A stretch of 63,848 nt of DNA, the filler included, from Basidiobolus meristosporus CBS 931.73 (lineage: Eukaryota; Fungi; Basidiobolomycota): assembly GCA_002104905.1 (NCBI GenBank). It is 4 parts of 4 records of this genome, joined end to end, with 100 filler letters (N's around TTAATTAATTAA, not from the genome) between each part and the next. Parts side by side here need not be neighbours in the genome. Positions count along the whole stretch, not along the records: positions 42,941 to 56,513 come from MCFE01001203.1; positions 56,614 to 63,848 come from MCFE01001356.1; 2 more parts are not named here. One strand, written 5' to 3'. Below the pieces are notes generated by a model. The model saw only the letters and a program-made list of their open reading frames with translations. It ran no database searches and had not been told where the DNA came from. The first letter of the stretch is position 1. The number at the start of each line of letters is the position of its first letter. Below are positions 48,186 through 62,092 of the stretch, in pieces. The translations under genes were made by a program, and so were the position numbers.

Positions 48186-50049
48186 TGGACAAGGTGTCAT
48201 AGCTAGCACACAGCCAATTGGGTAGCTACAACACAGATAAAATAGTTGCACTGTGATAGCACTGGTGATGCAGAAGATGTATAGATATGCAGGGTTTTTA
48301 TTTATAGGAGTTCTGTCTCTGATGTGCAACAACATTGATATTACTAATATCATGAGTTTAGTCAACATTAGTTAGCAATAGTTTGATTTGGATCACCACA
48401 AAAATGCATTTTTTGGATCATGAAATATTACAGCAGCTCAACACAATTGCATTATCTTCTAGTTTTTTTCTCACAGGGACTACTACTGAAGTATCTGGTA
48501 GTGATTCATTTTGTGTACCTAAACTACTATCTTATTGACTATCATTTTGGCCACTGGTGTGCTTGTAGTCAGTTTCTTGCCTTATGGTTGATAAATGCAG
48601 TCCTGTAGCTTGTCCATGCTGAATTGCTCCATATAATGCTACAGAACCAGCTTGAGTTGCCATGCACTTACATATTAGACTTGTTCCATTGGGTAGTGCC
48701 AAATAATGTCATAGTGTGCCAGAGTGTCCAAGTAGGCATATACTTGGCCACAGAGTGTGAAACATTGTTCTTCATGCAAAGCAGCACTGGTACTTCACTC
48801 ACTGAGCTAGAGAAAATCCATTTTTTGACCTTTTTTTGGGATCAATATACTTCATGATGTGCCAAAACCTAGAAAGATTAAAGATATGCATCTGATACCC
48901 AAGACCCATGCCACTCTGAATCTAGCTCCAGAAATCTGTAACATGTCTCAAAAAAGCATGACACTATCTGGGGCCACTGGTATTGTATGGCACTATATTT
49001 AAGATTAGCACTGAAGTAAGACCATTACAAAGCACTTGTAGTGCTAGATAGTATCAGTAGACCAATATAGTGCCATGCATTCTTGTGACATGTACAGACC
49101 TCTGGAGCCAGATTCAGAGTGCCATTGGTATTGAGTATCAAATGCTTATCTTCAGTCCCTCTGTGTTTGTGCACATCATGCACAATATTGATCCCAAAAA
49201 AATGGTCAAACAATGAATTTTCTCCTGTACAGTGAGTGAAACACAGGAGCTGCATTGTATGAGTATCTAGAACTATATTTCACACTCTGTGACCAAGCAC
49301 AGTTCTACTTTGCCTCTCTGGCATGCTATGGCACTATTTGGCAGTCATTGCTCAACTTGGCACTATCATATGGAATAAGTCTATTGCTTTACTTGCCAAA
49401 GGCTCCTACTGTGGAGGTACTTCCAGTGGATTGTCATCAACCAGTTAGCCAGAAGTAACTTGCTGATGGTTGGGTGTAGCACCCCATGCAGGCACAAGCC
49501 AATGTGTTGGCATTGCCCTTAGCAGAGTGCAATGAGATGCTAGATGTTTGTGTAACTTAGCCTGCACCAGCAGACCTGTGTTGGCAAGTTCTGGTTGTAT
49601 TTCTATTAGCCACTCATTAACTTGGTGTGTGGTGCTCCTGTGGAGGATGCTTGCATAGATTGAACTAACATGTGCCAGTATGCTGGTGTTGCAAGACTTT
49701 GTAAGAGATACAGCAAGGTATGCTGATGCAGTCCTGATTCTGATGCCCATGGTCTGGATTCTACCTCTTCAAGCTCACCTTCTGATTCTTTGAAGTGCTT
49801 ACTTGCCCTCTATCTAATACTTTGGAACTGTTGCCTTGATAGCTCATTTCTGTACAATCACTTACCAATATTGATATTACTTACTCATTTGAAAGGCCTT
49901 TTCTCACCAGTCCCAACAGTGCCACTGGATTTTCTTTTGACACATTAGAGGAGATCCATACCAAATATGGTGGGCCATCTACCCAATCTACTCAAGGAGG
50001 ACCCTTGTTGTGCTTCTCTGTTACTACAAGAACTACTGCCCTACAAGGT

Positions 50050-51100
50050 CTCATCCCACCACCACTGATTTGTTAGTCTTGCAAACTAAATGAGAGTTAT
50101 CTTGATCAGCAAACCCATCAGGCTGGCTCATATACATGTCCTCATCTAGTTGCCATTCAGAAGTTCAGTTTTTGTATCTATTTGTATATAGAAAGCTTAT
50201 ATTTGGGTTCAATAGCTGATATTAGTTTGATAGTATTAAACCTGGCTACCAGTACAAAGGTTTCAGTATAGTCCAGCTTCTTTGTTAGAAAGTATCCTAT
50301 GGACACAGGCCTTGCTTTAGGCCCTTTAATTGTTTCACCAGCCTTGTGTGTTGACTTGAGGACCTCTTTACATCCAATCGTTTTTTGGTTGGTTGGTAAT
50401 TTGACCAAGTCCTAAGCTTGATTATTCATTAGGGCCTGATACTCCTCAGTCATTGCCGGTTGCCACACTTTGCTGAGAGTTATTTAGCACCTCTTTTACA
50501 GTCTGGAGTGTTGCAAAATTTCTAACACCACCTAAATATTCATCCTAGTCACTAGATTACTACCTACAAATCTTAAAGAATACCAACCAAATCCCTTGCC
50601 AGGATTTACTTACAATATATTCACCAAAATATTATTTACCTAGATGGTGAAAATTCTCAAAGTTATCCAAACAGCCCCAAAGTTTACAAACATGATCTTT
50701 GGCCTGTCATGCGTCTATTATACATATTTGTAATGCAAGACCATCAAAAGTACAAGTAATTCTTTTACATTCAATAATCATTGAGTGAAAGCCACAAACC
50801 CTACTTGTAAGCCAACTCACTTCTAATATCTCCAAGACTCTTACTACAGGTCATGGGCTCCAGCTGTCACTTGTTGCAATGGCTACTACTGCCATCACTA
50901 AAATTTTTCCCTCTGCCAAAAAGTTGGTGAGATCTAACTACTAAGGGTGGGAGGTGAAGATGAAGATGCCGCAATAGGAAAGAGGCCTTTAGGCTATTCT
51001 CATGGGAGATGAATGCCATCTTACAAGTGTAGAGGAGGAAGAATGCCCTCTTAAAAGCTTATAAGAGGAAGCCTTGGAGTACTAGAAGATAGAACAGAGT
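50050..51100. mobile_element. Copia relics: RT fragment (minus strand, ~50050-50460) and LTR+PBS+gag fragment (plus strand, 50509-51100)
   Basis: KKLDYTETFVLVARFNTIKLI; LTR similarity followed by GGTCATGGGCTCC. Confidence 0.7.
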
Positions 51101-51101
51101 A

Positions 51102-52132
51102 CCCTATGGGAAAATATTTGGTCCCACTGGTGGATTCAACCCAGATCAGCCATGAGGATACTGCCAAGAAACCATCAAAATGCCAGCAGCTTGGAATTAG
51201 TGGCCCTCTACACATTCTTATGATGGGATTACAATGTCATTTTGCTGATTTTATTTGCTAAATAAAGTTGATAACTTGGTGGGGTTTTGGCAGTCTTTTG
51301 ACAGGAGTTGCATGGCATTGTAATGGTCTTGATGAGCACTGCATCTATTTGAGTGGATCTGACTGGCCAGTACATCTAGTTGGCTACATGTCAAGAAGAT
51401 AGGGGGTGCTTAGCTACTTAGTGCCATAAACATAGGTGTCTCCATGTGCATATCTGTCCCCAGTATCTTCCAACTCTTCCTGACTGTCCTCAATGTGCCA
51501 ACTTATTGCATCCATGACGGACTTGAAGGCAATATTCTTAATGGGATTGGAATATGGAAGTACCTGCAATTTGACTTGTCTTCCTATTTCCCTACATATC
51601 TGCTCTATAGGAAACCCCCAAAAGGTGAAGCAAGGCTCAATATTCTCCACACATCATGCAAGATGGTGTAGAGAATGAATACAGTAGCAGCGGAGATTCA
51701 GGAGTCCAGCTTTACATTTGTAGTATAGCTGCTCATATCCTGTCACAAACTCATTGTACAAAAGCTGTGATTGCATCATGTTGGCATTGGTGATCTGCTT
51801 CTGAGTAAATATCCCTAAGAAAAAAAATAAAGAAAAGGCCAGTAAAATACTGTCATAATATCAGCTGAGTTCCAAGTATTTTAATAGTGACAACTCTCAA
51901 TATCTTGGTTGTTAGCTCATAAGCAGGCAAGCAAACAAACTCTCCAGGAGGAGACTAGGCCAACTACTATTCATATCAAATTTGGTAATTAGCTGCCATT
52001 ACTTCCAACCAAAATTGCATTTGAAATTTTGAGCCAAAAACACCAACTGAATACCAGCAAAGTATCATTACAATATCAGCAGAATACCAGCTGGAAATTA
52101 GATGAATTCCAAGTTTGAGTTTTTTCATAGGG
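51102..52132 (-). mobile_element. ~1.03-kb putative non-autonomous TIR element (CCCTATG..CATAGGG, TA on both flanks) with CACTA-like transposase remnants
   Basis: TA|CCCTATGGGAAAA .. TTTTTCATAGGG|TA; internal CFTFWGFPIEQICREIGRQVK..PYSN resembles the tnp2 W.FP.ER..G.L block. Confidence 0.45.
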
Positions 52133-52199
52133 TATTCCCACAATGTTCTCATATGACTCTCAAGGCTTCCAATGTGCTCATGGTAGAAATGGCATCAGA

Positions 52200-53250
52200 A
52201 GTCCACTTATTTAAATACCTTTCCAGTTAATCCAGTCCTTGCACTTGTATTGTCACATTTGCCTATAAATATTGATTAGAGCCTGTGAGAAGTACTTAGG
52301 GTAGCAGATACTCTGTAAAATCTTGCCAATTCTTCAAATTTCTCCAGTATCTTGAAGGCCTCATTTAGATTGATATACCCTATGTACAACTTGGTCATTT
52401 GTATAGGGATATTGTTGAAAAGCAAATGCATTCCTCTAGGTGGCAAGCTTTTACTCCAGCAGATACCCTGTATCTTGTGTATCTTGGGTTTGCAACTATC
52501 TCCATGGTCTGGCCAATGGCTTATAGCTTGCCAACTTTGCCACAATTGCATGTTTACTGCTGTACAGCTTCTCTGTGGGAAGATGATGCTCTTAGTGTTG
52601 CTGTTTGGATAATAATAATGTGTGTGAGTTATAGAGTAAATTCCCTGGATCTCACACATTTGACAACAATGCTGTCTACTGTGTCCATAAACGCTGTCTA
52701 TCCTGCCAAAGGCTGGGGTATTGCCAATGCAGATGGTGATATGCACTTTGATATGATGTCCATTGACCAGTAGGCCAATTGAAACCATACAAAGTTTATC
52801 CAGCAAAGGATACAGGTAGTTATCCATGTTGGATAGTGATTTAGGCCCAGATACCAGTGAGACTACCTTCAGATATCTGCTTTCATGGCATAAGATAGCA
52901 ACAGATACAGGTTGATGAGAATCAGTGGCCAGCAGAATTTGCTGGTAGGGTACTTGTTTGATGAGAATCCATCAAGTGCCAAGGCAAAGGTATGGTCATA
53001 CATACCTTCAAAGTAGCACTTGCTTCTAAGTTGTTAGTAAATTTTCCATCAAATATATTGGAGATACTTGCACTTAATTGATACTGAGCGCAGTATATTA
53101 TAGCTTCACATTATTTATTGAACTGCATAAGCTTCTTTAGACAGGGCATTACCTGATTAGATCCAGAGTGTGAACAATGTTTTCTCCCAGTTGTTGTGGA
53201 TTACTGACAAGTTGGTCACCTTGCAATGGTGGCATTTTCTGATTTTCATT
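52200..53250 (-). pseudogene. CACTA/En-Spm (tnp2-like) transposase relic
   Basis: YLYPLLDKL..ICIGNTPA..GH..CCQMCEIQG pattern (PL..EL / gD.PA / gh..C..C..G). Confidence 0.55.
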
Positions 53251-53354
53251 CATGTTCTGTCAGATAGTGCCACATAGTGCCCAATCAATCTAGCATTATA
53301 ACTTCTACCATAATGCCAGTGGTAGGATATAGTTACTGTTAATTTTATTTAATC

Positions 53355-54200
53355 TTACTTAAGTTGCTCAGGATAGTGCATTCCTTGCTTTACTTCCTCT
53401 GTGTAACACTCCAGACACATTTTGTTCAGTGAATGTCTTCTTGTATGTATACACTTTGCATTGGCAAGTATCCTTACTATTTTACCTGTTCTACTGTTTT
53501 CTCCTATATATGACATTCCTCTGTATTTACCAGCCAATACACTGAATCTCTTCAAGTATCCAAATGCATGCTCTACCCTCACTCTGAAATGATAAACTAT
53601 CTCATTGTAGAGCTTCTGCATCCTGCTAAGCACACAATTCCTTAGCTTCCTATAGGCTCTAATACATCCTAATCTCTGACAATCATCTCCTATATGAGCT
53701 AAGTCTTCTACACATCTCTCCCCTCTACTGAATTCTGGATGATTTTCTACCCAGAGTGCTGTCATGCCTACTACCAGCAAATGTCCCACTAAACCAGATG
53801 ATGTTACCCTCAATGTCAGACAGTGCTAGATATTTCACACAGTGTGCCTTGTACTTGCCAGAATAAAAGTGCCTCTGCCCTCTAAAAGGTCTGTTAATCC
53901 AGACTGGGAAGGTATCCAAAATACTCCTTATATGGAACCTGTTGTTGAACACTCTGTGATATGGGAGTGCATTTGAGCTTCTGAACCTAGTATTCCAAGC
54001 TTGCTCTAAGTTATTCATACCCTCTGCAAGGTGGCTCTCCATTGCTGTCAGCTGGGAATGAAAGCTTCTATTTCTTTTGTTGCCATGGATAGGGGATGAA
54101 ACCTTGTGGGGCAATAGTTCTTGTAATAGCAGAGAAGCTTAACAAGGGAACTACTTGAGTAATTGGGGTAGAAGTTCCACAGTACATGGTATAGATCTCC
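53355..54200 (-). pseudogene. PIF/Harbinger-ISL2EU (DDE_Tnp_4-like) transposase, frameshifted
   Basis: ILDTFPVWINRP..YSGKYKAHCVKY..G..GSRHD and RVRVEHAFGYLKRFSVL motifs. Confidence 0.78.
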
Positions 54201-56513
54201 TCTAATGTGTCAAATGATAATCCAGTGGTAATGATGAGATTAATGAGAAAAGACCTTTCAGGTGACTAAGTCATATTAAAATTGGTAGGTGATGGGTCTG
54301 AGGCGTATTGATTCAATTTGGTGCAATCTACTTTATATATCTGATATCCATGCATTACAATTAAATCTCCATCAATTGCCATGTATGCCATTATTAAGTT
54401 GCAAAAATCATCCTGAAACAATGACTTAGTACTTTTGTTGATGCATTACTCACAAGTTTATATTCAAATAGGATATCTGCAATTGGTGGGATCCAATCCA
54501 TGTCATTGCAATCCAAAATGCATCATGCCTAATATATGGAAAACTCTACAAGCACATTGGTTTCATATATATTTCATGTAAACCAGGTTGATACCAATAC
54601 ACTATGGTATAAGTATCCAAATCCATCACTATGGTCCCTATACCAAGTCTCAACTCATCTTTAGTACAACCAAGACAAAACCCATCACTCAGCTCACAAG
54701 CATGGTCTGGACCAGTAAAGTCAATGTTAGATCAATTTGAGCTCTTACCAAATGATTTACATATGGCTCAAGTGTCTATGATGAGCCTTCATACAGATAT
54801 TTGGGCATTACTCATTAATCTAGCAGAGCTAGATACCTCAGAAAGTCAACAGATATGGATGAACCTGAGTAGAAAGCTGTGGCATGAGTTCTATATCAAG
54901 ATGCCAGTGGATGCCTGTAAGAAGATATATAACAAGACACATATTGAAATCAAGAATGAGCTGAGAGAGAGGGGATCTGGATGAGGAAGCCAAGCAGGAA
55001 TCATTTTGCACGCAATTTGCACAGTATGGGCTGGTCACATCTGTTTGTGCCTCAACTTTGGGAATCAAAGAGGTTTTGAATGAGTTTTGGCCTCAAATGG
55101 CTAATGTATTACATGATATATTAGTAGAGTTAAGTGGCTTCCAAGAGCAATATACACAGGACTGATCCAGGCAACAGTTCCAAAGTATCAGACAGTGGGT
55201 AAGTGAATACCTTAAGGAATCATAAGGTGAGCTTAAAGAGGAGGAATACAGACCGCAAGCAACAGCATCTAGATTATGCCAGCACTCTTTGCTGGATTCC
55301 TTACCATCCCTTGCAACTTCAGCATGCCAGTGCATGTCAGTCCAAACTACGCCAAAACCCTTCACAAGAATGCCACATTGATTCAATGTGTGTTGGGTCA
55401 ATGCATGTGCTTCAGAGCAAAATCACCAGAACTTGCTAACACGCTCATTTAGACACAAGTCCATCTGGAACTCAAGGCCAGGCAAAATTCACTTGACTTA
55501 GCCATGAGCATTATCCTGGACTCAAGCAAGCAGAAAGGTTTTGGTTCAGCATTGGTATGCCAAAATGTGTATCTCAAGAGTGGCATAAACCATCAAAGGC
55601 AGAAGAATAAGGGTGCAATGGCTAATAACCCGCAGCTTCCTGATGAGCCTGCTACAAGACAGGCCAAAAGCTCTAAGCAAGCAACAAAGACACTTCAGGT
55701 AGCTGGAAGAGTGCCAGTTAGGGACAGGCAGGCAAGTACAGATGCATCAGCACAAAATTCATCAAGAAAAAAGAGTAGTTCCAATTTAGAGGCACTCAGT
55801 CAAAGTATCAGTGAAAGACATGGCAGCAAGAAATACCAGTGATTACCAGAGGAGCCTATCACAACTAGGTCTGAGTACTCAAAATAACCAGAAAAGTAAC
55901 ATCAGGCTGATAGGGGAGTGCTAGTAAGGGCAAGCAGGCTAGAATAGATGCTTCAGAGTAGCATTTATCAAGGAGAAAACATGGTTTGATACCAAGAAGC
56001 ACTCAGAAAAAGTGGTATTAATGACCTGACAGTGATAAAGGAATAGATTGGGGGAAAGTCTACACAAGCCCAAGAGAGGGAAGCGTGAGAATAAAGCTGC
56101 AATGCCTTCTAATTAACTCAGTAAGCCTGGAACAGACTGAATACCATCACAGCCAAGATGTATTACCAACAAGAAAGCAGCTGTTCTCACAAGAGTTGGA
56201 GGTGCAGCCAGTAGTGCTGCACTTTGGTGATGTAGATGAGCTTGCAGAGACAGGAAATTTGTGTGCCACAGACTTTGCATCCTCCATTGCTGACAGAGTG
56301 GAGATCCCACTGACAAACAAAGCAACATTCTCAAGAGCTCAAAGGACTATCACAATGCCTTCAGTAGAATTTTGGAATGGTAATAGACATACCAAGTGGT
56401 TGCTGCACTACTTTAAGAGCAGTGCTCAAGAAAATGCACTTGAATATTGCAAGGACTAGTTGCAAAGGCTGGCAGATGAGGTGCTAGACCTTGCAGTGCT
56501 TGCTAAAGACAAG

Positions 56514-56613
56514 NNNNNNNNNNNNNNNNNNNNNNNNNNNNNNNNNNNNNNNNNNNNTTAATTAATTAANNNNNNNNNNNNNNNNNNNNNNNNNNNNNNN
56601 NNNNNNNNNNNNN
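56514..56613. other. Artificial contig linker
   Basis: N/TTAATTAATTAA/N, 100 nt. Confidence 0.97.
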
Positions 56614-56615
56614 GC

Positions 56616-57455
56616 AGAGGATACGGTGGAAACGGTGGCGGCAGCGGCAGCGGTGGAGAATATGGTGGAAACGGTGGCGGCAGCGGCGGAGAATATGGTG
56701 GAAATGGCGGTGGTGGCGGCGGAGGATACGGTGGAAATGGCGGTGGCGGCAGCAGAGGATACGGTGGAAACGGTGGCGGCAGCGGCAGCGGTGGAGAATA
56801 TGGTGGAAACGGTGGCGGCAGCGGTGGAGAATATGGTGGAAATGGCGGTGGTGGCCGCGGAGGATATGGTGGAAACGGTGGTGGTGATAGCGGAGGATAT
56901 GGTGGCAACGGTGGTAGTGGTAGCGGAGGATACGGTGGAAACGGTGGCGGCAGCGGCGGAGAATATGGTGGAAACGGCGGTGGTGGAGGATATGGTGGAA
57001 ATGGCGGTGGTGGTAGCGGAGGATATGGTGGAAACGGTGGCGGCAGCGGAGGAGGATATGGTGGAAGCGGAGGATATGGTGGCAACGGTGGTGGTGGTAG
57101 CGGAGGACATGGTGGAAATGGCGGTGGTGGCAGCGGAGGATACAGTGGAAACGGTGGCGGCAGCGGCAGTGGTGGAGGATATGGTGGAAATGGCGGTGGT
57201 GGCAGCGGAGGATACGGTGGAAACGGTGGTGGCAGCGGCAGTGGTGGAGGATATGGTGGAAACGGTGGTGGTGGTAGCGGAGGATACGGTGGAAATGGTG
57301 GCGGCAGCGGACGAGGATATGGTGGAAATGACGGTGCTGGCAGCGGAGGACACGGTGGAAACGGCAGTGGTGGCAGCGGCGGTGGATATGGCGGCAACAG
57401 TGGAGGTGGTGGAGAATATGAAGGGCACGGGAGTGGCGGCTTCTACAAGTATTAA
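56616..57455 (+). CDS. C-terminal 279 aa of a Gly/Tyr/Asn-rich repeat protein, (GGYGGNGGGS)-type, ending ..GGFYKY*; N-terminus lost in the gap
   Basis: Open frame from the linker to TAA 57453-57455, followed by an AT-rich 3' region with AATAAA near 57513. It is absent from the ORF track because there is no start codon. The antisense Pro-rich frame has no ATG and an in-frame TAG just upstream. Confidence 0.75.
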   Translation, partial: RGYGGNGGGSGSGGEYGGNGGGSGGEYGGNGGGGGGGYGGNGGGGSRGYGGNGGGSGSGGEYGGNGGGSGGEYGGNGGGGRGGYGGNGGGDSGGYGGNGGSGSGGYGGNGGGSGGEYGGNGGGGGYGGNGGGGSGGYGGNGGGSGGGYGGSGGYGGNGGGGSGGHGGNGGGGSGGYSGNGGGSGSGGGYGGNGGGGSGGYGGNGGGSGSGGGYGGNGGGGSGGYGGNGGGSGRGYGGNDGAGSGGHGGNGSGGSGGGYGGNSGGGGEYEGHGSGGFYKY

Positions 57456-60041
57456 GCACAGCCATCAAAACTTATATCCAAGCAGTTTTTTAGATATCTA
57501 TAGATAACTGGAAATAAATCCCAACCTTGCTAATCTTATGCAATAACTCTATTTGATCGAATGTCAATACTAGTATGGAAGCTGAACGTTGAATCCATAG
57601 TACAGACTTCTTATTACTTTCAACCAGTTTCAATCCAATAACGATTGTGTCACGTAGAATAAGTCTGCTATGCCTATTATATATATGTATGTATATATAC
57701 TGTAGTATACCTCAATGAACTGATTTGAAATGCGCTACTCAGCAAAACATCATCGACATCTATGTTCATTAGCTCATTTGCAACTTCGGCAAAATCAATG
57801 AAATTGATTGCTGCTACATAGAAAAGCTTGATTCAAGGAAAGCAGGCATTCCAATGACAGCATCTTTTTTTATCAACGTACCACACTCTACAACAAGCAA
57901 CAGCTCATCTTGTATACTCGTTAACAGACGTTACTCCTGCAAGTTGAAATTCTGGGAAAGAAATCTCTTGCTTTAGTGAGTACGTTATCCACCTACAAAC
58001 GCCCACGCATTGGCGGGCGCTGTATTATGTATTGAGCTAGTTTCATTCTCACTTTGTACCGCACAACATCCCACGTCATGCTCTGAAAAGTCCCATCACT
58101 ATTAGTAGCTGGCAAAGAGTAGAAGTGAATTGAACTAGGAAGACAACTCGTGGTGGCACATGGGAAATCTAACAAGTACTTGTTTACCGTCAGTACAAAA
58201 TGCTTAGAAAGTAGACTCGTTATCTTCCTGTGTAGCTTCTAATGCTTTGTTATGGATGCTCCATACCATAGCATCTTGAATGAAGCAAACAGTTCAGCCC
58301 GAGCACAACAGAACAAAGCCAGTTCCAATGATGTTTGTGCATGTGTTACGATACAACTCAGGTCAACACTCTATTCAGACTTAGTGACTTGGGCACTCTA
58401 ATAGCACAGTCATGACCCAACCTAGTGTATACACCCATATAGGGTGACAGAACCATGTTGCAAAGTGAATACTGTACCAGAGTATGTTTGAAGATTGATT
58501 CAATTCTTTGCTCATTACTAGTAATGTCAATGAATTGGATATGTCTAGCGCAGCAAGCACTCCATAAACCCTTAGTTGTAGCTACTACTGAATAGCCTTA
58601 ACCCCGATTTGTACTAGTGTATGAGAAGCGGTTGTTGGAAGAGGTGTTGTGGCAAGGTGGTGCTCCGTATTTAATATCATGATTATTCTGCATATGGATT
58701 CAACGTACACAAGAAAAGGCAACCTGTTGGATTGACTGTGCTGATAACAATACGGATCTTTGTGGTGTCAACATCCCCCTAGCATAGTAAATTGATTTCA
58801 GTTCCCGTAGCAAACAGCTCTCACATGCCCCTCCAATACTAGAACGCCGACAGAATTGGCTTGCGCAGTGGATCAAGGAGCAAACGGATTAGCAGCTTGG
58901 GAAATATACAATGAGTCTTTAAGTACGTAACCAAAATATGGCGTATTCTGATCCGTCAAATATCCAAAAGGGGCTTCTTTCTTCCAGGTTACTTCTTCAT
59001 TCATTTATACTTTTGACATGTTGGATAGACATATCATATTTTCCTAAAGTGTTGCGACTCTGCTATGCTCCTCGAGCTGTGGTAGTGCTATATTTGTGTG
59101 GTACTGGACCCTTACCTAGATCTCCTGTAGTGTTGTTTCAGATCAGTCTTCATATGATCCGTGTTTATCTCTAACAAATATTTCGATTTAAACAGGGCTA
59201 CAGGATGAAGGGCTTAGGAGAGGAGAATCAAATAACATCATAAACAATTGTCGAGATATTTGATCATTACTCAGAAACCAATCTATGGCTAATTTATCAC
59301 CAACACTTGCTCGAGCGTACAGTATTCATGACTTCAGAACTAGCACTAGCGGGATAGACTCGCACACGAATAAAGTGTCTTCTCCCTCATAATATGGGTC
59401 AACTCTTATCGGATCTCCAAGAGAGTGTTGTTTAGTCGGGACTTCCCCGGATTGAGTCGATTGCTGATCTGAGAACAATATTCAAATCTACAACTTCGCA
59501 TAATCAATACAAAATTCAAAGCTAACATGACTAGGCTTTGGCGTCATGACACTTTGAAACAAGGTTTCAAATAGGGCAATCGCTCTTGCTATCTGCATAT
59601 TTATTATTGACAGGTATCTTGAAATCACAAAAGCTGCCAAGATCTGCTGTTGTGGTGATTACTGCCAAAGTAATGTGAGTGCCAGAAGGTCAAGGTCAAG
59701 ATGATTTGCGCTTGTAAGAATACCTGCACTTGTGTGAGTGTGCCACTCCCGCGTGACACTCACTAACGTATTTATAAATCCTCATTGTCAACTTTGCAGC
59801 GTCACCTCTTAAATGTAATCCAAAGAGCATGACCTATTCAGATTGTTTCGCTTGTTACGTGCATTCTAGTTTTTTTCTTCAATATGTTGGCCATGCCTTT
59901 TACCATACCTCGGGTATTGGTCTTTTCTTCCTTACTTGACACTACTCTAAATTCGTGGAAACCAGAGAACCATAAAATCTACCTATTTTCAATTTCCAAC
60001 GCCAATTTACGTTCAAAAATGAATATGCGATGTCTTCCCAC

Positions 60042-60449
60042 TTGGGTCAGCATATCTTTTCTGTACTTGATCTGGGAGCTGTCGACCTTGAGATCCTGCA
60101 CTTTCTCAACCACCTCGCCAGCGTACCCCTCGTGGCGTTTGGCCATGGATTCCCAAGTGATGTCGAATGCTCTGAGCTTGTCATACACAGTGTCCACTAT
60201 AACACCACCAAGAGGGGCCAGTCTCTCCGACACCGATTTGATGGCCTGGACATCTTTGTCGGAGAAATCCACAAACTTAGCCACATAGTTGTAGCGATAC
60301 ACCGGATCTGTATGAAGGAGCGCCCGGTCCAAATGGTCCATCTTGACGTCCTTGGAGGCCGCTACTTTCGTCGGGTTACCGGAGTCGTTGTCGCATGTAG
60401 CCTGGTCATGACCAAGGGAGTTTTTGTGGGTTCTTTCGACGGCAGGCAT
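60042..60449 (-). CDS. Fungal protoglobin/globin-sensor-like protein, 5' part (ATG 60449); rest not located (possible intron from GT at 60041-60040, or truncated)
   Basis: HLDRALLHTDPVYRYNYVAKFVDFSDKD..IVDTVYDKLRAFDIT..SQIKYRKDML fits my recollection of the fungal protoglobin-domain pattern; similarity stops at LTQ. Confidence 0.7.
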
Positions 60450-61818
60450 GACTATTGAGTGATGGATTTTTGAATGAAGTAGGCTCGCCCAGACAACCTC
60501 ATATTTACTTCTCCACACAACAGGAAATCCAGTGTGAGAATGGATGAGAAATCGAGCCCAAAAATGGGATTCTATTCGGACATTACTACACTTGGAATAG
60601 TTCCTAGTGGACAGAGCGGGGAAAGAGCAATTCCATCAAGAATATCACTGGCGATTCGATATCAAATCTATAACATATTTGGTTGCCATTTTACTGCCAT
60701 GATTTGGAGTTATCTGATTGACAATGAATAGTCATGCACTGGAATGCCTTGTCAGACTGTTATGGAATCTATCCATATATACCTGATCTGGATATGATGA
60801 AATGAGTGATACGCAACAGAGTTAGCGAAAACACATCGAATACTGGGGATATTGTACCGGGATACTGGAATCACATTAATCTCGCAACTCGGATTTCTCA
60901 CCAGTCAAATTTTGATATTGTACTTCAGTCGATCTATATCTAGCTGGAAACAGAACAGGGCAGCCTTCTAGTTTGCTAGATTGATGTGTATATTCGTGTC
61001 AAGCGAGAGCATTTAGTTGTAGGGGCATCCCATTTAGAGCGACCATCATAATGTGGAGCAACTTCTTTTGCGGTTGTGCTCTCCAATACAATTACTTCAC
61101 AAATCAATCTCGTGGAAAGGTGATCAAGAGGTGGTGCTGATGCGGGTGAAAAGTAGGCAAAAGACCATTTCGTCTCCCGAGCCAGTTCTTCGCTAGCACA
61201 TGTGACTACTAGCTTGGAGTAATTCTCCTGCAACTCGGGATAAGCATGTATGTGCGTAATCTGGGCTAATCCATACAGTCTGGGCCGATACAAAACTATC
61301 TCGAACCAGGTCAATAATCCAACTAATTGCCATATCCTTGGTGGAATCGCAGCATTCATCCAAAACACTGGAAGCTCCATTACTGCATCCCAGACATGCT
61401 CATCACGTCACGACTTACAGATCATGGTTATAATGTTCGCGGCAGTGTTCCATTAAAATTTCCCGACGACAACAGTGTTAGTCACGGTCAATTGACTACG
61501 AGCTATGCTGCTCAGTGAGGTTGATCGTATGAATAAAGCAAAGCATATGCCCTCATAATGTTAAGCAAAAAGCATCAACCATGAAATCTAAGAGTGGTAT
61601 TGAACCTGTGCACTTTCAGCCAAATGTTCCGTTCTAGCTTTATATTAATTCGGGTTACTCCAACTTGAGCTTGCGCTTGGGTTTCTTGCAAAAGAGTGTA
61701 TCGGGCTTGGTGTTATGCCGAAATAGCAATATGCCTGCGAACTTCAACTGGCAATTCCAAAGCTTATACAAACCTCCCCACATCATTCACTTGCAACTTT
61801 GGAGTAGAGCACGACAAG

Positions 61819-62092
61819 CGTCCACTATGACACCACCAAGAGGGGCCAGTCTCTCCAACACCGATTTGATGGCCTGGACATCTTTGTCGGAAAAATCCAC
61901 AAACTTAGCCACATAGTTGTAGCAATACACCGGATCTGTATGAAGGAGCGCCCGGTCCACATGGTTCTTCTTGATGTTGTTGGTGGCTGCTACTTTCGTT
62001 GGGTTACCGGAGACGTTGCCACAAGTAGCCTGGTCACCACCAAGGGAGTTTTTGTGAGTTCTTTTGACTGCAGACATGACTATTGAGTGATG
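61819..62092 (-). pseudogene. Diverged partial paralog of the protoglobin 5' region
   Basis: Colinear with ~60190-60462 (ORF 61787-62077); truncated at VIVD and abutting the RT cassette in its 5' UTR. Confidence 0.85.

Noticed and set aside
56558-57507. Pro-rich, Thr/Ala-rich, His/Arg-rich and Val/Ala/Glu-rich ORFs in the track
   Set aside because: These are shadow frames of one GGN-rich repeat. The Pro frame starts at TTG with an in-frame TAG just upstream. The unlisted Gly frame has a natural stop and 3' UTR.
57500-59200. Possible multi-exon gene on the minus strand (exon-like AINFIDFAEVANELMNIDVDD; candidate splice sites near 59110-59175)
   Set aside because: I could not assemble a consistent gene model or link it to the globin C-terminus.
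60976-61380. 134-aa ORF upstream of the globin as a real gene
   Set aside because: It looks protein-like in places, but I recognise no family motif and the start is a non-ATG codon; unsupported without a search.
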